A stretch of DNA of 64,000 nt, taken from NCBI GenBank assembly GCA_963808625.1, contig CAWEHK010000033.1:96001-160000 (forward strand), given 5' to 3'. This document shows, one piece after another, positions 57,744 to 64,000 of the stretch. This DNA comes from an uncultured delta proteobacterium (lineage in GTDB: Bacteria; Desulfobacterota; Syntrophobacteria; Syntrophobacterales; Syntrophobacteraceae). Position 1 is the first letter of the stretch; each line of letters starts with the position of its first letter. The notes under the pieces were generated by a model. It was not told where the DNA came from. It worked only from the letters and a program-made list of their open reading frames with translations, and ran no database searches. A program made the translations under genes and the position numbers.

Positions 57744-58090
57744 GGTTTACCTCCTAGATTGAGATATGCTGTTCCTTTTGGGAAAACGTGAACTTTTTCA
57801 ATCGTTCCCCCCACGGAAACAGGAATGGAGGTAACCGTGTTTGTTAAATTCTTCACTTGCTACTGTAAATTAATTCGTTCCGCTAGATACGAATATCGTT
57901 TTACGTCACTAGAAGTAATTTATTAACGACTTGATAAGTGGTTGTTGATTGATAATTGTGCCAAACATCACAAGCTATATGAAACTACAACTGCTACTGG
58001 AATGATTTTTTTGATTGAATATCGAAACTGATTCTGCTACTATGGTCCGAAATGATGAAGGTTATTATTGACGATGGAGAGGAGATGGCC

Positions 58091-58444
58091 ATGGCTTTCA
58101 AGAAATTCACTCAGGTGGGCGCGCGGTCCTTCACGCCCAAGGTGGGAATCTGGGCGAAGGGCCAGGTGGGATTCAACAAGGGAGCGGTCGAAAAATGGAA
58201 ACTCGGCCAGTACAGCTATGTGGTCCTGTACTATGACGACGACGCCAAGCAGATCGGAGTGCAGTTCACTAACGACGAAAATGCGGAAGGAGTAATTAAG
58301 ATTATCAAACGGGCAACTGGAATATCGTTCTCAGCCAACTCATTCCTGAAGCATTTCGAAATTGTCATTCCACAGGATAAGCAACAGTACGATGTGAAGT
58401 TTGACAACGAGGAGAAAATGTGTATAATCGATCTTCCAAAATAG
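58091..58444 (+). CDS. Hypothetical protein (cargo 1)
   Basis: SD GGAG; 117-aa ORF MAFKKFTQVG..VVLYYDDDAKQIGVQF. Confidence 0.75.
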   Translation: MAFKKFTQVGARSFTPKVGIWAKGQVGFNKGAVEKWKLGQYSYVVLYYDDDAKQIGVQFTNDENAEGVIKIIKRATGISFSANSFLKHFEIVIPQDKQQYDVKFDNEEKMCIIDLPK

Positions 58445-58617
58445 GAACGGCCGGGTTGACTGGCGGGTCAACTCAGCCGCTTAACGCCGTGGCGACTCTA
58501 ATTTGCCAGAGTCTCCACCGAAGCCACCCCGGTGAAGGGGTCCTATCGTATGCAAGCAGTAAGATTATAGGCACCGGGTGGGTTCGTCAAGGCCAAAATT
58601 TGGCAGATAGGAAGGAG

Positions 58618-58743
58618 GTGGCCCACCTGGCTGATAACAAGGAAAAGGACGTGATCTTCGTCCGCTACTTCCGACACTACCGAACGGGTAAGATTGTTTA
58701 CCCGAAGAAAGGTGAGTTCATTAAGATCGTAATTAAGAAATAA
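58618..58743 (+). CDS. Small basic peptide (cargo 1)
   Basis: Strong SD AGGAGGT; VIFVRYFRHYRTGKIVYPKKGEFIKIVIKK; followed by a terminator; start codon (GTG or CTG) uncertain. Confidence 0.5.
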   Translation: MAHLADNKEKDVIFVRYFRHYRTGKIVYPKKGEFIKIVIKK

Positions 58744-58792
58744 TCCTCGGCGCAATGGTCCGGACAGCCCCTTCCGGATCGCGCCTCATACT

Positions 58793-58824
58793 CCGCCCAG
58801 GTCCGCCTGGGCGGTTTCATTTTG
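58793..58824 (+). terminator. Intrinsic terminator ending cargo 1
   Basis: CCGCCCAGG-tccg-CCTGGGCGG-TTTCATTTT. Confidence 0.7.
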
Positions 58825-58870
58825 TTACTAATTTCAAAGAACTTATACTTTCCGCGCAATCTCGGGTCAG

Positions 58871-59114
58871 GCTCGCTCCCCTCTCCCGCCAGCAGATGCA
58901 CAACCTCTTTATGCGCTATGCCAAAAAAGCCGGATTGCCCCAGGGCGTCCGGCCGCACACGGCCCGGCAACTTTCATCACCCAAGCGCTGGAAAAGAAGT
59001 GTCCCATCGAGGCCGTGCAGGGAGCTCCGCCATAGCCGGATCTCCACAACACAGATGTATGATAAGCGAACTTTGAAGCACCGAGAGAGCGCCAGCTTTG
59101 CGGTGGTGTACTGA
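58871..59114 (+). pseudogene. Recombinase 3'-end copy 2 (244 bp)
   Basis: Aligns to 57219-57465 of the head recombinase and ends at the same stop position. Confidence 0.92.
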
Positions 59115-59259
59115 ACAGCTCATCAGGATGATTTGTGGCTGGTTGCAGAAATCTTAGGGGTTTGGTTTACTTGTCTGGAACAGCATTGCCCCCCCATGAA
59201 TAATCTGCTCGAAATCCTTGAAGGCCATCCGAACTCTGTCCACTCTGGAAGGAGGCTAA

Positions 59260-59469
59260 ATGTCACAAGCAAACATCAGAGAAGCACACCGGTGCGCGGT
59301 GCAATTGGACAGCCTTGGTGCGGAGTATTCAGACCGCGAAGTGATGAGGCGCTGTCTTGGCAAGTGGCGGTTTGGCATCAAATTTTGCGCTATCAATTTG
59401 GTGCGCCACATCGAAATCGCGTGGATACAAATGTTATCCATCCTTAGAGGACATATATCATCAGAATAG
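59260..59469 (+). CDS. Small hypothetical protein
   Basis: SD GGAGG; 69-aa ORF; no recognisable domain. Confidence 0.35.
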   Translation: MSQANIREAHRCAVQLDSLGAEYSDREVMRRCLGKWRFGIKFCAINLVRHIEIAWIQMLSILRGHISSE

Positions 59470-59478
59470 GAGCATGTT

Positions 59479-59770
59479 ATGCGCAAAGTCTTAGTGATCG
59501 TTTCTGTCATAGTCGCATGTTGCTGGGGCGTAGCCGAGGGTCAACTCTTGAGCAATGGCTGGGTGGTTGATGTGTCGGAGAAATATCTGACGCTAAACTC
59601 TGGCGGCGAAACCGAGAAGAAGTTCACGATCGACAGAGTTCTTACAGTCGTCCTCAATGCGAGTTGCAAAAAAACGACCTGAAAGACTATCGAGGTTGGA
59701 GGGCTTTACACTGTTCACTCGGTCGGCGGTAACGTCGCGAAAGAAATATGGCCAGGCCCCATAAGATGAT
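59479..59770 (+). CDS. Small secreted hypothetical protein (probably frameshifted)
   Basis: SD AGGAG; signal peptide MRKVLVIVSVIVACCWGVAEG; 3' end inferred. Confidence 0.45.
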
Positions 59771-59959
59771 TAAAGATTTTAATGCCTGCCCGTGCGGGGG
59801 ATGTCGGTAACGATTTATTGTAACGCGCAGGTGTTACTCGATAAAGGGGCCGATGTCGATGTTCGGGAAAAGGACGGCAATACTGCGCTGAGAGTTGCAA
59901 CCACTAAAAGAGAAACATATCAATAAATATGGTCCGTTAGGCAGAAATGGGGAAACAGG

Positions 59960-60833
59960 ATGATTAGCAAAATACGTTGGCAGCGTAGCTGTAAAGCGAG
60001 ACTGATAGCGTTGTTGGTGGCTGGCATAGCGCTGTGGACGCCCATTGCTATCGCTGGAGTGAATGAGGATTTGTTCGAAGCATCAAAGCGAGGCGATCTG
60101 CCTGAGGTCAAACGACTCATCAATAAGGGGGCCGACGTAAATGCCAAAAACAATCAAGGCTGGACCGCGTTGATGTTGGCTTCCCATAATGGCCACTTTG
60201 AAGTCGTGCAGGTGTTGCTCGATAAAGGGGCCGATGCCAATGCTAGGGAGAATAAAGGCTTTACCATATTGATGGTTGCCTGCCAGAAAGGCCACCTTGA
60301 GGTCGTGCAGACCTTGCTGGCTAAGGGTGCAGAGGTTGATGCAGAGAATGATGTGGGCGGAACCGCGTTGATGGCTGCAGCCTTCGCTGGGCACCCGGAG
60401 GTCGTGCAGGCGTTGCTCGATAAAGGGGCCGATGTCGATGCCAAGAAAAAGGCGGCAATACCGCGTTGATGGCTGCGTCCGTGAATGGCCACTTTGAGGT
60501 CGTGCAGGCGCTGATTAATAAGGGGGCGAAGGTCTATGCTAAGGAGAACAAAGGCTTTACCGCGCTGATGATGGCCGCCCAAAATGGCCACCTTGAGGTC
60601 GTTCGGATTTTGCTCCTTAAAGGTGCCGATGTCAATGCCAAGAACAACAAAGCTACAACCGCGTTGATGTTGGCTTCCCAAAATGGCCACCTTGAGGTCG
60701 TGCAGGCGCTGATTAATAAGGGGGCGAAGGTCGTAATGCTAAAACGAATGACGGCTCAACCGCATTGACGGCTGCGTCCGTGAATGGCCACCCTGAGGTC
60801 GTAAAACTGCTTGTCAAGGCGGGAGCAAAATAG
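59960..60833 (+). CDS. Exported ankyrin-repeat protein (frameshifted)
   Basis: Signal-like N-terminus; repeated GxTALMxAxxNGHxEVVQxLLxKGADVNAK across three ORFs. Confidence 0.88.
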
Positions 60834-60900
60834 TCACCCACTAGACCGAAACATTTTAGACATTTTGTTTTGTTACTCACCGAACGAGAAAGGTTTAGCA

Positions 60901-61329
60901 ATGAAAAGAATTGTAACTGTCGGTTTGATCGTTTCTATTTTTTGTATAACCTTTTTGTTCTCCGCAGTAGTGGCAGCGGGCCCAAAAGAAAGTGCGAAAG
61001 GTCATGACACTTCGACACTGCCAAAAGCACTAATAGGCCATTGGGCACCAACATCCACCACAACTCATTATTATTTTGATTCGAAATCCTTAATCACGAT
61101 AACTGATGGCAAACGCACGGCCCTAAACTACACAGTCGTGCAATCGAACGAGGCTGAAAACTCGATACATATCCGTGTAAGAACGCAAGAGGATAAAGGT
61201 CATGATAAACAATTAATATTTTCTTCTGACCGTAACTCATTTGATGAGACTATTCGAATCAGGATGGGCGATAAGGTAATGTCGTTTACTTATCAATATA
61301 AATATGTTGATTCAAATACACGCCCATGA
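60901..61329 (+). CDS. Secreted hypothetical protein
   Basis: Signal peptide MKRIVTVGLIVSIFCITFLFSAVVAA; AT-rich. Confidence 0.7.
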   Translation: MKRIVTVGLIVSIFCITFLFSAVVAAGPKESAKGHDTSTLPKALIGHWAPTSTTTHYYFDSKSLITITDGKRTALNYTVVQSNEAENSIHIRVRTQEDKGHDKQLIFSSDRNSFDETIRIRMGDKVMSFTYQYKYVDSNTRP

Positions 61330-61944
61330 TTTCATCTAACCAATAAGAATAATACTGTCTTTGATATCAAGATAAGGTAAGGCACTATAGCCGTACAGAA
61401 CCTATAATGCTAGCGATCGCACGGCGGTTGAGAAGAACATAAGCCTTTATATTTTTCATGTTCTTTATCACAACGGTCAAAATACCAAAATATTATTATC
61501 CAAGCAATAGCACAGAACGGACCCAAGGCAAGAGTTAAACCCAAAAGCGCATAACACCACTTCGTTATAGTGTCCATTCTCTCATTTTCGTATTTACGGC
61601 ATTCTTCACGGCACAGTCGCAAGTGCTTGCCGCTCTCTCCTGTTTCGCATCCAACACTAACACTAGTAAGTGTGACTAAGCCAACGAAGGTCTTAATGAT
61701 GGTTACACATGCCTCCCGCCTAGATAGGATGATGAAGTCGGGTTTGGACAATGGACACTCCCTTTCCCTTCGCATCTGCGATCAATTCGGCCAGTGAAAT
61801 AACCCGCTGATCGAGGGCATGTGCCTTTGAGAACTATACTTATTCCAGTCCAGTTATTGGCTCAGCACTGTTCCAATAAGCAACATATTCCAGAAGGACC
61901 GCCTCGGTGACACGGCCAAGCTATGGAGTTCTCACAGAATCCAT

Positions 61945-62505
61945 TTATTCTTCATTGAAATAAGGGCAGAGTCTTCTCAATTTGTCATTAGTATATGTCG
62001 AACCAGGATATAATTCCATCCTACACGAGACTGTTTTTGTCTCTCCAACTACTTGTTGCCCACCAGTTACTTGTTTTCTATACTCTGATCCTCCTGCCTT
62101 CATGGTTATACGCGTTGTTTGGGGACTGTTCCATATTTGATAAATTACGTGATCTCTGTATATAATAGTATGCTTCCCTGGCGCTAAATAAATATCTTGA
62201 GTTTCATAATCCCACGATTGGTTTAGACGTGGAAAGAAACAATATGTTTTAGGGATGTCAAATGAATCGATTTTTTGGATAATAAAACCGTTAATGATAG
62301 GAATATGTTTAATCAGCACCATGTTACCTTTTGGAATTTCACTTACAGATGAAGGAAGGTAGATAGTCACAGGACCACAAGAAGAACATCCTATTGTAAT
62401 CGTGCACACCAGTACTAGGAGACAATAATGTAGCTTAATGATTAGTTGTATGATAATAATCGTTGTATTATTTCTATCTGATTTTCTCATTTTAGACCCT
62501 TCCAA
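61945..62505 (-). CDS. Putative lipoprotein (paralog of 63433..end)
   Basis: Hydrophobic leader + IGC; IYLPSS..PKGNMVL..DIYLAPGKHT. Confidence 0.7.
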   Translation of the reverse strand: MEGSKMRKSDRNNTTIIIIQLIIKLHYCLLVLVCTITIGCSSCGPVTIYLPSSVSEIPKGNMVLIKHIPIINGFIIQKIDSFDIPKTYCFFPRLNQSWDYETQDIYLAPGKHTIIYRDHVIYQIWNSPQTTRITMKAGGSEYRKQVTGGQQVVGETKTVSCRMELYPGSTYTNDKLRRLCPYFNEE

Positions 62506-62711
62506 AAAGTAGCACGACCAATATTCTTACAAAATTACAATCTTGATAAGTTATAAGATGATGTCTCATGGTTGCGAAACTTTGTCAAGCCCTAAAGTCA
62601 GCAACGGTCAAGCACGCTAACCGTCTTCATATAGTGAGAAGTTGAAAAATGAGTCAAGTTTATGGAAAAAGGACGAACCTAACCCTTGCCTCGCAAAGAA
62701 CCTTTTTGCAA

Positions 62712-63298
62712 AGGTCAAAACTCCGGTGATCACTCCCGAGCAGGTAAGAAAAATGCTCGACTCCCCTGCTCCGAAAAAACTTCAAGGGCTGCGCGACCAG
62801 GCGGTCCTCCACATTCTTTTTTACACGGGATGTAGGATCAGCGAAGTGTGTTCGCTCAAGGTCAAAGATTTCTACGAAGACGGCGGCTACTTTGTTTTGG
62901 ATTTTCTGGTGAAGGGTGGAAAAAGAAATTGCCTGGCCATTCATCCAGAGCTGCAGCTGGTTCTCAAAAACTATCTGGAGGCCTCCGGGCACCAACACAA
63001 ACCGGAGGCACCTTTAATTCTCGCGGCCAAGAAGAAAACCGGCAGGAAGGCCTTCGCTCCCCTATCGCGCCAGCAGATGCACAACCTCTTTATGCGCTAC
63101 GCCCAAAAAGCGGGACTGCCCCAAGGGGTCCGGCCGCATACCGCCCGGGCCACTTTCATTACCCAGGCCTTGGAAAAAAAGTGCCCCATCGAGGCGGTGC
63201 AAAGAAGCGTCGGCCATAGCCGGATCTCCACAACACAGATGTATGACAAGCGGACACTCAAACACCGCGAATCCGCCAGCTTTGCGGTAGTGTACTAA
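62712..63298 (+). pseudogene. Recombinase 3' copy 3 (587 bp; entire catalytic domain, open frame from 62642)
   Basis: Aligns to 56878-57465; all catalytic motifs intact; N-terminal binding domain absent. Confidence 0.92.
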
Positions 63299-63432
63299 GT
63301 GCTCATCAGCATGATTTCCGGGGGTCGGCTCACTTTTCTCTTGACGGCATCTATCCTTCAAACATAAGATTCTTCGAGTTCAATAATTCATGATGACGCT
63401 TCGATATTCATTCATCCTAAAAGGAACTTAAG

Positions 63433-64000
63433 ATGGCGATAGCAGGAATTAGTAATCGGAATGTCTTTGCGAAACATTTAACCATTGGCACAAAGTGCCT
63501 ACTAGTAGTTATATTCATGACTACGCTAGGATGTTCTTGTGGCCGTGGCACTCTTTACATTCCATCATCAATAAATACAATGCCTAAAAGCAATATGGTG
63601 CTGGTTGCCACCCAAGACAATTTATACTTGCCTACAATAGCTAGCGTTGATGGTGTTGATATGCGTGATAGACATTGCATTTTAAAAAATACAAAAGATT
63701 ACGACATTTATTTAATGCCAGGAGCACATACCTTTCAGATTCAAACTGCTCACTGGGAATATATAGGATCATCTAATACTGTACATATATATAAAGGTTT
63801 CATACATAGCCCAGGGGTAGGAGGAGGTCCAGATATTGTATACCCTGGAGGAGCCCATTTTAAGGCGACCGTAATCACAAAACCATGCACGTTGCAATTG
63901 GACCGTCCTGGTGGGAAATATACTCAATTGGAAGTGATGAAACTCTGCGGCCTGATTTGTACACAATATGACTGTTATCCTTACTATAATACTCCGTCAG
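63433..64000 (+). CDS. Putative lipoprotein, runs off the right edge (not in the ORF track)
   Basis: Manual translation MAIAGISNRN..LGCSCGRGTLYIPSSINTMPKSNMVL..DIYLMPGAHT.. stays open to the window end. Confidence 0.75.
   Translation, partial: MAIAGISNRNVFAKHLTIGTKCLLVVIFMTTLGCSCGRGTLYIPSSINTMPKSNMVLVATQDNLYLPTIASVDGVDMRDRHCILKNTKDYDIYLMPGAHTFQIQTAHWEYIGSSNTVHIYKGFIHSPGVGGGPDIVYPGGAHFKATVITKPCTLQLDRPGGKYTQLEVMKLCGLICTQYDCYPYYNTPS

Noticed and set aside
59936..61340. Classical integron cassettes: GTTAGGC before the ankyrin gene and ATCTAAC after the 60901-61329 ORF
   Set aside because: Only isolated core-site 7-mers; I could not build a paired attC hairpin, and the recombinase lacks the IntI-specific insertion. 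IntegronFinder would settle it.
56878..63298. Diversity-generating retroelement TR/VR pair
   Set aside because: Differences are mostly synonymous third-position changes of all base types rather than adenine-specific, and there is no reverse transcriptase in the window.

Overview
Bacterial chromosomal segment, probably Desulfobacterota/Syntrophobacteraceae-like (inferred from gene content and the dif-like sequence, not established). Many genes are broken by single-base indels, which looks like uncorrected long-read error. Most of the window is housekeeping or metabolic: CstA, TamB, PutA, two branched-chain amino-acid ABC operons, tRNA-Gly, RNase HI, FtsH, a rhodanese/YeeE sulfur cluster, a sigma-54 two-component pair, RarA and hopanoid genes. 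It also has a probable chromosomal dif site (20374-20401), several TA/defence genes, an IS66 and many short intergenic repeat families. The most unusual region is 56.4-64 kb. A full-length tyrosine recombinase, preceded by a symmetric Xer-type site, heads an array in which 5'-truncated copies of its own 3' end (244 bp and 587 bp) separate blocks of cargo genes. Identity among the copies is nested and mosaic, which suggests successive, polarised capture of [new recombinase 3' end + cargo] units into the head gene. The array runs off the right edge of the window.
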